Below, piece by piece: positions 21,140-33,217 of a stretch of 33,217 bases of DNA. Within the stretch, counting starts at the first letter, position 1; every line of letters begins with the position of its first letter. Under the pieces are notes generated by a model. That model was given only the letters and a program-made list of their open reading frames with translations, was not told the origin of the DNA and did not search any database. A program made the position numbers and the translations under genes. Origin of the DNA: Geosiphon pyriformis uo1 (lineage: Eukaryota; Fungi; Glomeromycota); NCBI GenBank assembly GCA_016748015.1, contig JAAOMT010000117.1, forward strand, positions 1 to 33,217, in the 5' to 3' direction.

Positions 21140-21800
21140 ATTGAGATCTGTTGAAATTTTTATTTTGAATTAAGTCTATTACTTTTTTTTTTAATACTGT
21201 TTGTTCAATTCTGGTTTTTATGTTTTTGAATTGAAAGTTGATTATTTTTATTTTTAAATATAGTAGTATTTTTGAAGAATTTTGAAATATGATATGTAAT
21301 TAATAAATTGTTTTAATATATAATATAAAATTTGTCTTTTTTTTAATAAAGTCTTTAATCTGTTGTACTACTTCTTAATTAAACATTTTTTTGGATTTAT
21401 TAGTATATAACTTTTGAATATTTAGCTTTTGTCTCAATTAATAATAATAATATGCTATTAAAAGTTGTTTTATTTATAGCTTTTAGTCTTTTTTAGTTAG
21501 TTTTTGGTTAGAACTATAATTGGTATTTTTCCAAAAGTGTTCTTTATTTTTTTTATGATTTTATCTAATCAATACTTTGTTTGGTTCTATGATTACTAAT
21601 ATAAAATGATTTTTTTTTTGTGTTTTTATAACAAATTGTTTAATGATTAATAATGATTTTTATGTTTAATTGTTGTTGATTTATGACTTAAAACAATTTT
21701 TGTGTTATTGTATAAATATGATTTGAGATTTTTATTTTTTACTATTGCTTTTATCACATATATTGTGTCTTTATATATTTTTATCTTAATCTATTTTTTA
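21140..21800 (-). pseudogene. Decayed additional ORF (ORF3) between integrase and PPT
   Basis: About 660 bp of A-rich coding-like sequence (EVVQQIKDFIKKKTNF...KIINFQFKNIKTRIEQTVL) in the same position as 10950-11720. Confidence 0.35.
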
Positions 21801-21804
21801 TGTT

Positions 21805-23568
21805 TTTTCGATAATTATAATTGGTTCTAAATCTTGTAAAATTTTATTTGGTTTAACTAGTATTCTTTATACTTCTAATTATAGAATATTACTAGTAGAT
21901 AATAATACTATATTGTAATATAATTTTAGTTAATTATTATGTACTGCTTTGATTAAAATTTTATTGTTTCATCTTAATTTATAAAGCTTTATTTTCTAGA
22001 ATTTTTTCAATGTAAAATAGATTATTTTATTTGGAACCAAACTTTCTACTCCATTGTTTTTTTTACTTTAGTATAATGTAAAAGTACTTTGTTTCCAATT
22101 TTAAATTCGACCAGTTTATTTGTAACTGATTATTATGTTGTTCTTTTTGTTTTTTTTGTAACTTTTGTATGTTATTAGCTGTTTTTCATTTGTTGTTTTT
22201 TAAAGTTTCTATTAAGTTAAATGTTTTTCTTAGCAATTTTTCTTAAAAATTGGCTTTTGTTAAATATATATTAATATCTATTTTAACTAGTAATGTTGTT
22301 GTTCTATTATAAATTAATTTAATTAGTATTGCTTATATAATATTTTGTTTTATTGTTCAATAAGCAAATAATATTAATAGTATAAACAAATTTTATTTGT
22401 TTTGGTTTTTTTAACTGATCTTGGTTATTGCTTTACATAATATTCTATTAAATCTTTTAATTAAATTATTTGTTTGTACATAATATAAAAATAATAATAG
22501 TTTTTTAATTCTAAATTTTTGACTTAATTCTGTTAATGTTCTGTTTACAAAATAAGTTTTTTGGTTTGATAACAATTTTTTTGGACATTTAGATTAATAA
22601 ATCAAATTTTGGTATACAAATTCGGCTATAGATTCTGCATTTGCTCTTTGAATGGTTTTAGCTTTCAACTATTTTATAAGATATTTTATAATTATTACTA
22701 TGTATTAGTTATTTTTGCTGGTTATTATTAATAGTCTTATTAAGTCAATTTTAATTTGATTAAATAGTTGTTCTACTTTGATTAGTTTTAGTGGTTTGTT
22801 GTGTTTTGTTTTTTCTCTTCTTTGAAAAACATCACAATTTTGAACATATTGAATAATATCTGGATACATTAATGACCAATAGTATTTTTTTCTGGTTCTT
22901 TCTATGATTGCTTCTTTATGAAAATATTTTATAGTTGAATTTAAGTGTATGTTAAACAGTATTGTCTCTTTTTTTTGGTTCTGTAATTACTCTAAATAAC
23001 TAGTTTGTATCTTTTTTGTTTTTCTGATATAAAATATTCTAATAAGTGATAAAATATTTTGATTGTTGTTTTATGTTGTTTTGTTTTTTTTGAGATAATT
23101 TTTTTTTAAACTATTAAGTATTCATATAATATTGGAGTTGTTAATATTTTTGAGTATTTATTTTTTGTTATATTTTTGGATTAAAATGTTTTTAGATTTG
23201 TCTTATTTATGACAAACTGTCAGTATTTTCATTTTTTTTTCATTTTTTATAATGTACTGTATAATTAAATAGTGTTAATTTTATTTTTTATTTTATATGA
23301 TATTTATCTCCAAATTTTTGCTTCTAAATTGATATCAATTTTTTGTAATCAGTATATACATTAAACTTTTAACTTTAGTATTTCTTTTATTTGATAACAG
23401 TCTAATAAATAGCTAAGTATTCTAATACTGAAATGTTATAGTTTTTTCAGCTAAACTTAAACTTTGGCTAACATATATTATTGAATGTTCTTGTTTATTT
23501 AATTTTTTTGGTAATAATATTGTTTTTAATACTTAACCTAATATATTAGTAATAATAATACTTGCTAT
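21805..23568 (-). pseudogene. pol: Ty3/Gypsy RNase H - integrase fragment, strongly decayed
   Basis: RNase H: IIYVSQSLSLAEK, VYTDY. Integrase: YYWSLMYPDIIQYVQNCDVFQR, ANAESIAEFVY, LLSNQKTYF. C-terminal LQDLEPIIIIE matches RNLESIVIIE at ~10850-10880. Confidence 0.82.
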
Positions 23569-24358
23569 TGTTATGTGTTGGAGTAACAAGCTAACAGATA
23601 ACAAGAAAAAACAGAATTGTAGAGTAATGAAAAGAATCAAAGAGAATTCAACTTCAAAGAGTAAATTGAATAAGTATAGATTCAATGTGTGAGATCAGTC
23701 TTATAAAATATCTCAGTCACTATACTTTTCAAAAAATAACTGGGGAATCTAAAGGTAGAGAGATAGTTTGTATTGTTAACAAATAATTACACACTGGTAT
23801 AATTTTATGCCTTATGTTAGCACTTTTAGAATTTAATATCAGGTATCAGATATACTCTTTAGTCATATTTTATTCAATAATCTTTAAATGTACAATTATA
23901 CAAGTCAGGAAAAGAGTAGATAAATGCCAACAAGTAATCTTTTATCTCAAGATGTTTAGATACTTAAAAGTAAGAAAAGAGAAATTAGTGATAAAAAAAG
24001 AATTAAAATGAAACAAAATAAAAAAAAATAAAAGAAATAAAAGAAAATAAAAAAATAAAGAAAAATAAAATAAGAAATAAGAAATAAATATCCTGTCAAT
24101 AGTTGTGATCAAGAACTATTGTGCCAGCAGATTAAGTAGTAAATAATAACATAGATTTGAAAAATTAAAGGGATATTTTATTGATATAATTTTATTTTGG
24201 TTGATAGCAACTATTTTTGAAGAGAAAAGTATTTAATAATTATGATTTACGAGTCTAATTAGCTAATTTTTTAGCTTTTAATACTACTGTTATATATATA
24301 TAATTTATGTTATATGAGATTCCTTGAATTTTTTAATTCTCTAACTAAAAATTCTGAA
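23569..24358 (-). repeat. LTR1-related LTR with a distinct longer U5; U3 truncated
   Basis: 24090-24358 aligns with 17720-18020 (ATGAGATTCCTT(G/A)AATTTTTTAATTCTCTAAC). Minus strand ends CATAACA at 23569, abutting the RNase H fragment. Confidence 0.65.
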
Positions 24359-27300
24359 CTAAGACCACAGAAGGCATTTGAAAGATTGTTAGCCAATAAA
24401 AGCTTATTGTCCAAAAATATTTTTACTATTCCAGCTAAAAAATTGTTTACCAGACTAACATATAACTTGACAAAAAACTGCAAAGAATTTAAAGGAGCCC
24501 AACCCAGAATCTGCAAGTCCAAAAATTTATGACTGAACAAATGCCCAAGAATGCCTACAATATTAGAAAAAAAGACCAGAGCAACCACCTTTGCTTCAGA
24601 CTGCACTTGCTCAAAAGACTTCAAGCCATACAAGAAAAGATGATACAAAGCCACATCCAAAAAAACACAGGGCAAACATGCTTTTAGTTTGAAACCCTTT
24701 CTGATCATAATATCCCACATGCAACACACATTTGACAAAACAAAACTGAACTGAATTTAATAATCGATTATAGGCTGCAGAACAGCTGACACCAAATAAA
24801 AAAATTGTTTATCCATAATAGTCTTCTAAAGCACAATATTAACAAAAAAATAAACATTAGAATAAGCCTTGGTAACACTTGGCTTGAATAAGCCATCAGT
24901 AGACAAAAAAATTCCCAGATAACAATAAACATTACCTTTTTTGGCAATCATGATTGACTGACCACAAATATTCAAAGAAGCAATTCTAACACCCTAATTT
25001 ATGAGAATAGCCACTGTTTTTTTACTGTTAATGTTCAAAGCATACTAAGTGGAGGCCTGACAATTCCCAACCCAAATAGTGTCATCAACAAATGTGTCTG
25101 TCACAAAAAAAAAAGTTATCTTACCATTATTTTTGACTTTGTCTGTCTTTGAAACAAACTTAGTATCAATCCAGTACTCACACAAATGTTCATGTCTTTT
25201 AACTTTACACAAGAGAGGATTGTAAAAAATCTTCTACAGAAAAGGTGAAAAGACTTTACCCTGATCCAACTCATCAAGCACCCTATAACCATCTGACAAC
25301 CCAAAATTAGTCATCACTCTGTTAAATTTATTCTTATGAATACTACAAAAAAACCAGATGAATTTCTCATGCATTTTGATATGCCACAAGCTGTTTCCCA
25401 AATGGTGCTATCCAACTAAATTATATGCTTTCCACATATCCTACAGAACTAACCAAATTTCTTTATTTTTTTCAAAAGCATCTTCAACCACCAACTTGAC
25501 AGCAAATATAAGAGATTGTGTAGATATACCTCTTAACACTGAAAAATTATCACTCTGGAGGACATTGAACTTACTGCATGTCAATGAAATACAATCAGAC
25601 AAAATCTTAGATAAAATTTTCTTGGCAGTTTCAATCAAAGCTATAGGACATATATTCATAAGAATTCCATCTTAATCATAAGGTTTAAAAATCATTGAAA
25701 CCCAAGCTTTCTTCCACAAAGCAGGCACACCACCAACAATTAAACATGTGTTTAACAGCACTAAAAGACACCCCAACACATTCTCACCACTATGCTTCCA
25801 CAGTTCATTAAGAATGCTAGATAAACCAGCAGCTTTATTATTAGGCAGACTACCAACAACCAAAAGCAATTCACTCATATTAATTACATCCATCACACCA
25901 GAAAAAGCATTATTCTTAACATAGTCTAATGATACATACTGGTAAATCCAAAAATCAGATAGCACCAGAGACACTATATGTTTTTTTGTTCAACCTCTCA
26001 CGATTTTATTCATACCTAATTTTACTTTTTCTGGTTCCAAAACTAACTCATCATCTACCACTAAGTAATCCAAAACCATCTTGCAAAAGGGTTACTCCAA
26101 AACACTGCAAAGTATGCTACCTTTATTGGAACAAAAATTTTCCATATACATTGCAATCGCCTTTCTAATAGAAATTTTTTTAGCTAATTTTAACTCATAC
26201 ATCTTAGACTTCTTGTATTCTTTACAAACTAATAACAAATGTTTGAGAACCACTACAGATTTTACTCTCAAACACACCAAATTAGTAAAATTGTGAGCCT
26301 TAGCATCATCTAAAATTGACCATATCTTTGTAAGATAATCAGCTTTAGACATGTTACCAGAGCTGAATGTTCTAACAATTTTGGCAACCAACAATTCCAA
26401 ACCAAAAAACTTAGAAAAATGTTTATTCCTTGAACACTGAAATTCACTAAACCAATATTTTGAAAATATCTTATCAGTTGACTCCACTATTACCTTCTTC
26501 AAAATTGCCTACATATCATCCACATTACCACAGAACACAGTATTAAAGAATTTATCAGCAATTATTAAAAGCTTGGCAGAAAAACAGTCCCTAAATTCAG
26601 CCTATTTGGAGCAATTAGTATCCTTAATTTTAAACTTCCAATAATCTCTGTTAGTCTGTTTGTGCAGACTATTCAAATAAACATCCAAGAGCCCACTCAA
26701 GTCAATCAAAACCATAACTGCATTGTGATTAGTGTTAAAAAAACTGGAAACAGAGCAGACCTGATGACTGATGACTGCAAATAATAAATCTTTACTGATG
26801 AAAATATGATCAATTGTTTTCTTAACTTCTCTAAAATTACTTCATATAAGAGCCTTCACCAAATGATAGGTGGCAAATGAATTGACCAAACCCAAACCCA
26901 AACCCAAACAAAACTTATAACTTGCACTTCTTCCAGACCTATTCTCATTAAAATTTTCACCCAAGACCACAAAAGTACTGGAGTTAACAGCTTTTGCAAT
27001 CAGAAAGTTTACCTCCAAAGCCTGATTAAATCTAGTTTCAGGAGAAGCACCAGTATACAAACCCAGAATCATAACTGAAAGCTTGCCTTTAAATAAAAGT
27101 TGCACTGAAATAATTTGACTAGAAATCTCTTCCACTTTAAATACATAATAAGCCAATGAATTGTTCATAATTATGGCCACCTCAGTACCAAAAAATTTTT
27201 TGTCTAAACCAGATGTAAAAACACATACACACTTAAACTTATTGGTAATCTATGGCTTAACACTAGACTGCAATTTAGTTTTCATAACAAAAGACACAAA

Positions 27301-27402
27301 ACTACCAAAATTCATATGCCAACAGACAATATCCACTTGCTTTGCAGGAATATTGATACTTCAGACATTGCACATAGCAAATTTTCACACCAGACTACTT
27401 AT
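24359..27402 (-). pseudogene. LINE ORF2 pseudogene: endonuclease plus RT
   Basis: CNV*SIN, VVLGENFN, IDHIFI; LPNNKAAGLSSI, WKKAWVSMIFKP, CPIALIETAKKILSKI, L*DMWKAYNLVG, FVDDTIW (FVDD at 25081-25092), YLGIFL. Confidence 0.92.
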
Positions 27403-29359
27403 TGGAACAAAGAATACAATAGAAAACCTGAACCAGAGCACAAACAATCCAATCTAGCCAACACTGAACTGATTGACACTTCTAAAGACACCATTTTCAC
27501 CTTCAAGCCATTTATCTTATTGGTTAGCACCCTGGAGCTACTCAAACTGGACACAACATTATCAACAATAGAAAGAAAAAGAACTGGTGGCACTGGTGTG
27601 CCATCCAAAGCCATATTTGATTCCAAACCTGAGGTTAAAGACTCAGAAGCAATAGGAGAAGGAACAAGAACTAAGAGCACTAAAGGTATTAATTTCATTA
27701 AGCTTAGCTTTTCAAAATGTCAGAAACCTGACCCACCAAAAGCTCCAAAGAGCACTTTAAGAATGCCAAATGATTATTTAAACTAGAGATCTTAAGAGAG
27801 ATAGAATCTGATAAAAGAGATTTTACACCTGGAAGTAAATTAGCACCAGAAATGACAGAATAAATCACATAAAAAGAAGGGATACCAGCAACTTGGGCCC
27901 AAGTTTTTCTACCAAAAGAAATTGGGCAAACAATTAGTGCCTACTTTCTCTTATATATATTGGCCAAGCAAACCTGATCTTAAGAAGTCACTACTTGCTT
28001 ACTATACACATCAGAATTTCTACTCATTAAACACACATCAAAGATATGACCAAGTTGTTTATACTTAGCACAACAGGCCAAAGAAAGACCTGCCCAGCAC
28101 AAATTCACATCTTTAAAAACTGGCAAAAAATCAATGGCAGTATTTTTTAACTCTTCATTACTAAAACAAATGACAGCACTTTTATCACAAACATACAAAA
28201 CAGGATTATGGTCAATAAAACAAGTCTTCCTACTATATAAATTCAACAAATTATGAGCAGTAGTACCAATCAAAAAAGTATAGAGCAGAGCCTGATGCTA
28301 ATCTCTATTTATTCATAAATTTTTGTCATTAACAGCTAAAGCCATCTGCACAAAATTTTTACTCACAAGAATTGACCATTTAGAAGCAACTGAGCTGGCC
28401 ATCTCTAAAGATTCAAATTCAATCAAGACTTTTTGCTAAAGACCAATTAGCTGTAGTCTAATTGAATTGATTTTACCAAATTTAGAAAAGTCCACTTTTA
28501 CTGCCAATTTAGGAAGATCTATTGGAATCTCTTTGATAATTATTTTCTGATTGATACAACCAGTTGTCTTTTTTATATTATCATTAACCAGAATTTTTTT
28601 GCAGATTGCCAAATTCTTTGCTTTACTCAAACTTGATTTAGATATAAAAGAGAATTTAATGATATCTAAGAATTTTGAAGGAGTAAAAGCTCTTCCAAAA
28701 CCATTCACATGATAAAAGATTTTTTTAATAGAAATTAATTTATTACTTACAGTCTTATCAGGTACTGCAGATAACTCAATATTTAATGCAAATAATTTAA
28801 CTGGTTCAAAGCTATGTTTTTTCAAGACATGTGACTTGGCAAATAGCAGCCAATTGGACCCAATAAATTTAAGCACCAGAAGTACCAACTTGAAATTATC
28901 ATTATTTAGAGTATTAAAAGAAAGCATTTTTGGTGGTTGTCTCAATATATAAGTCTTTGTTTATGTCTTCTTTGAAGTTGTATTATCTATTATATCATTC
29001 ATATTTGAAGCATTGAAATCAATATAGCTTGTCTCTTCAACTATTATGTTTTTTAAGTTCTCAATATCTAACACTTTATTTATACTGGATTTGTTATTTT
29101 CAACCTCACTACCCCAAGATATCTTACATTCTTTATCTTTAGTCTTGAAGACATTGACAAAAATAAGACCAGTTAACAAATTTACTAAACCACCAATAAC
29201 TTTAGGATTCTTAGTTTTTTTGTATAAAGGACCACAAGAGTAAATACTTTCAACATACGTCTTTTTTTTAGTATTAAATCAGGTCCCCAATTCAGCCAAA
29301 ACAGAACCAAAACCATTAGCAAAAGTGCTTACTAAATTAATAGCAACAAAAAAAGACAT
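27399..29359 (-). pseudogene. LINE ORF1 pseudogene with RRM-like region, CCHC knuckle and C-terminal coiled coil
   Basis: ATG at 29359. IIIKEIPIDL...FSKFGKINSIRLQLIG (RRM-like), CAKYKQLGHIFDVC at 28031-28072, and KINGLKVKMVSLEVSISSVLARLD heptads. Confidence 0.78.
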
Positions 29360-29474
29360 ATTAAAAGAAATAACTGAAGATAAAAAAGAAGAGAAAAAGA
29401 GAAAAAGCTAAAACTTTAATAAAATAAAGCTTTCATTATGGTTAAGAGATTAACAAGAGAAAAAATTTTTTTTT

Positions 29475-32400
29475 CTACTATGTAATTATGTGTTTTAATT
29501 TGGTTTTTTTTAAAAATACTGCTATTTATTTAATTTTAATAAGTATTATTTTACATATATATATGTAAAAAACAAATTTTAATTTATTATCTGGTTTTTT
29601 TGGTGATAAGACTTAAATATTAATAATTAGTAATGCAAAATCTATTTTATTTTATACTTTTTTTTATAATTTTCTAATATTAAATAATAATATTAATGTT
29701 TTGAATAATAATATTATGGTTTTAGCTTTGAATTTTTGTTTAAATGTTTTAAAATATTTATTCATATTTTTTGCTAATCAGAATTTGGCAATTATATATA
29801 AGTTTTTTTTTTTTATTAACCAAAAACTAAAAAAAATACACAAACAAAAAATTATTAATATTTTAATTTAAAATATAGTTATTAATAAACTGTTGTTAAA
29901 TTTTTTAATTGTGTTTAAAATAATAAATAGATTCTTTTAATTGTTAAATAGCTTAAAAATTTTAATATTTAAAATTAATAATTTAAAAACTAAATTATTA
30001 ATGTTAAAAAAATCAGTTAAAACAGTTTTAAACAAGTTTAATCTTTTTTATTTAAATAATAATATGGTTTTTTTTTATTGCTAATAAATAATTTAATCTA
30101 AAAAACAATTATTTATAATATTAAAAACATAAATGTTTCTGTTAAACAAAATAATATTATTAAGTAATATAAAAAATTAAAAAATAATATTTCAATTATT
30201 ACAAAAATTAAGTTATATTCTAATATTAAATTTTGAATTACTAATAAATTTAATAATATAAAAATATTTATTTTTAAAATAGATTTAAGTTTTATAAATA
30301 TTGAAATTACAATAATTATAAACAATTATTTGATTAAATATGTTTTTAAAAATTTTAAAAATTTTAATAGACTTTTATCAATTTAGTTATTATTTAAAAA
30401 TAAACAATTTATTATAGTTTTAGATTTATATATTAGTATTAGTTTAAGAAAAAAATTAAAACAAGCTTAAATTGTAAATTTTATAGTGGCAGATATATTA
30501 AATATAAACACTTTTATAGTTTTAAAGAAAAATTTCAATAAAAATAACTTTGATTATAATGTTAATTTTAAGAAATTTATTTAATAATTTTAATTTATAC
30601 AAAATACCAATATAATTCAATTTTAAAGATATTAAAAAGTATATAAATTTTATTTTAGTCAGTAATAAACTATAAAAATTAATTTTTAATTAATAAATTT
30701 TTGATTTTGGTGATTTTTTTCATAAATTATTTAATATTATTAATAAATATTAAATTAGTAAATTTTTTAGATGTTTAAATTAGTTTTGTATATAAACAAG
30801 CTAATAAAAATAGATAAAAATACAAAATAACTAATGTTAATAAGAGAATATAAAAAAAATTTAACAATTTATTTTTGAATATATTGTAAATTATAAATAG
30901 TTTTAAGACTAATAAAAAATTTTAGATCTTAATAATATGTTAATAATTTTTGATAAAATTTTATTTAATATAACAAATATAATATTGTCTAAAACATGAT
31001 AAAAAATATTAAAAATATTTTTTAAATTTTACAAGTTAAAAATATTTAAGTTGAATAATTTAAAAGAGTTTAGAATTTTAATAAATAAGTAAAATAAACT
31101 TGATTCACATTAGGTTACAAGTTTTTAAAAATATTTAAATATTAGGTCTAATAATTATAAGATTAAACAAATTTTGATTTAGTCTAGAAAACTTTATAAA
31201 TATTATAAAATATGTAAATTTAAAGCTATAAAAAATTTGTACATAAGAAATATTATTACTAAATATATAAATACATTTGCTAATAATAAGAACACTATAA
31301 TTAAAAATGTATTAAAATAATTTTTAAAAAGATTATTTTAAATTATTTAATTAATAATAATAAGCTGATTTTAGAATTTGCTAAAATTAAGAACAAAATA
31401 GATTTAATTATAGAATATTAGACCTAAAAATGATTTGTTAAAAATATAATTATTTTTTAAAATTACTAATAAGATGTAAAAAAAATTGTAATAAATTTGT
31501 TTTAGTGTAATTTTTAAATATGTGTTTATTAAAAAAAAAGTTTTTAATATATAACAAAAAACATAGATTTCTATAATTCTAAAACTATATAAATAGAAAA
31601 ACATTTTAATAAATACTAAGCTAATTGTTTTAATTGAAATTGCTAAAAAATTTTGTTAAAGATTTTTTTTAATTAGATTTTTGTAGTTTGTAACAAGTTT
31701 GAGATTCTTAGAAAAACCAATTTTTTAATATTAAAAAACATATTAACTCAATTTTTTGTGTTTATAATTAATTTTGTTATTAAGAATATATTGGAAAAAA
31801 ACAGAAATATTTGGTTAGTTTTTTAAAATACATGTAAAATTTACGATTTTATAAGATAATTACATCAAAAAAATATTTTAAAAAGAATTAAAATATGTGT
31901 TAAATTTATCTGATTTTTCAAACATATTTACAATAACTTTATAAATAGAAATATAATAAATTTTAAATTAATAAAAAATTATAAGATTCATAATAATTTA
32001 AATTAAAGTAAAATAGGTTTGTCTTTTTATGGAAAATTTTTTATGACTCTTTTTTGTGTAAGATAAAAAAGTATAAAGTTTTTTATAGATATTAAATAGA
32101 ATTTTAAGTTTATTATAAAGACTAACAGAATTGAATCTAATATTAGATTAATATTATACTTAATTATTAATGTTTTTATTAACAATATAATTTAAATTGA
32201 TAACTATTATATAGTTACACAAAAGATTTTAAACATTGTTAATAAGTGTTTTAATATTATAAACATTTTAATTAATATAAATAAGACAATAATTATTTTA
32301 ATTAATTCAAGAATTGAAAAAGCTTTTTTATATATTAGTAAATCTTTTATTATAGTTGTAAAACCAATAAATTTTATTTATATCTAAATATTTTTTGTTA

Positions 32401-33217
32401 ACAAAAAGTTTTTTTATTTTTAGTTTAAAAAAAATTAATACAAATATAAATTTTTTTTTAATAAACGATTTTTTTATTTAGTTTTGATTCTATTATAGCC
32501 TATTATTAATTACAGAGTTTAGTTTAGTTTTATTATAGGAATATATGTAAAAAAATAAGCTATTTAATTAAAAAAATATTAAAATATTAATTTAATTTGT
32601 CTAAAAACTTTTTAAATAAAACAATCTATTATTCATTACTATATAATTTAAAGCTATTTAATTAAATTCAGACTAAGAATAAAGTTGTCTTAATAATTTG
32701 TTTTGCTAATATTAAAAACATTTTTAGCCAATTTTTCAGAATAGATTATTGAATTTACAGATTTTGGATTGAATTTTCTAAAGCTTTTTATAGTTTTCTG
32801 TTAAATTTAAAGTTAATTTTATGAACAATTTTTTAATAAATATTTTGAAAATATTTTTAAACAATAAAATTTTTTTGGTTGTTAGTATGTCTAATACTTT
32901 TTGTTATATATTTTAAAATTATTAAATCTCTTAAATATTTTGGTATTGTTTTTGTTAATTAATTTTTAAACAATTATAATTTGTATTTTAAATAAAAAAA
33001 TTTTTAGTGTTGAAAATACATGAATTTAAAAGACTTAATTTTTTTTATAATTTATTTATATTTCGAATTTTATTATAGAAAAAGTTTAAATTAAAAATTT
33101 TTATTATTTTTTGAAAAACTATTCAATATATATGTATTAGATATTAGTGCTATAGTTTTTGTTTATTTTAGTTTACAAGCTGTTTTTTATATAATATTTC
33201 AATTTTTATTGATAAAT
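29475..33217 (+). mobile_element. Extremely decayed APE-type LINE, copy 3 (ORF1 C-half, endonuclease, RT), running off the window
   Basis: By-eye translations, allowing small indels: FFGDKT* (~29600), NNLI*KTIIYNIKNINVSVKQNNII (~30090), NTKLIVLIEIAKK (~31612), LEKNRNIWLVF*NTCKIYD (~31791), VFINNII (~32173), NRLLNLQILD* (~32740). All are colinear with copies 1 and 2. Confidence 0.8.

Larger units (their letters stand above)
24359..29460 (-). mobile_element. Decayed APE-type LINE, copy 2 (best preserved), 3' part missing
   Basis: Colinear series of minus-strand ORF fragments covering ORF1, endonuclease and RT. Confidence 0.92.

Noticed and set aside
26886-26908. CCCAAA repeat as a telomere-like motif
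   Set aside because: It is a slippage expansion of Gly-Leu codons (CLGLGLGL) inside the LINE endonuclease.
27316-27786. 156-aa plus-strand ORF as an antisense gene
   Set aside because: It is the antisense shadow of the Ser/Val/Leu-rich LINE ORF1 tail, and the equivalent frame is not preserved at this length in the other copies.
30113-31604. Hydrophobic minus-strand ORFs (30113-30325, 31404-31604) as membrane or mitochondrial genes
   Set aside because: They are I/F/L/N/K-rich artefacts of extreme AT content, and the plus strand is a colinear decayed LINE.
1-33217. Alternative genetic code (TGA=Trp or TAA/TAG=Gln) explaining the in-frame stops
   Set aside because: Stops replace Trp, Gln and Arg alike and differ between copies. 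They co-occur with frameshifts and catalytic D>N changes, which indicates mutational decay.

Overview
This window looks like eukaryotic, very AT-rich, almost CpG-free repeat DNA with no intact gene. It is a nest of decayed transposable elements, and the short ORFs in the track are their fragments or antisense shadows. From memory the element proteins resemble those of Glomeromycota (Geosiphon-type) fungi; this is an inference that needs BLAST confirmation. Contents: (1) three copies of an APE-endonuclease/RT LINE at different decay stages: ~900-5622 resuming at 13473-13540 (+), 24359-29460 (-) and 29475-33217 (+). (2) Several nested Ty3/Gypsy pieces from at least two LTR families, one ~0.5-0.8 kb ('LTR1') and one ~0.9 kb ('LTR2'), with TGTTA...(A/G)ACA-type termini. 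(3) The 3' end of a hAT DNA transposon. The most interesting candidate is an unusual retrovirus-like Gypsy lineage with a probable 4-bp target-site duplication, a third ORF in the env position between integrase and the PPT, a Cys-rich insert between protease and RT, and a long Gag N-terminal extension. Also notable are a conserved overlapping stop/start junction between LINE ORF1 and ORF2, pervasive C>T/G>A hypermutation beyond CpG sites, and long inverted-repeat arms. All translations and alignments were done by eye, so boundaries are approximate unless a terminal motif is quoted.
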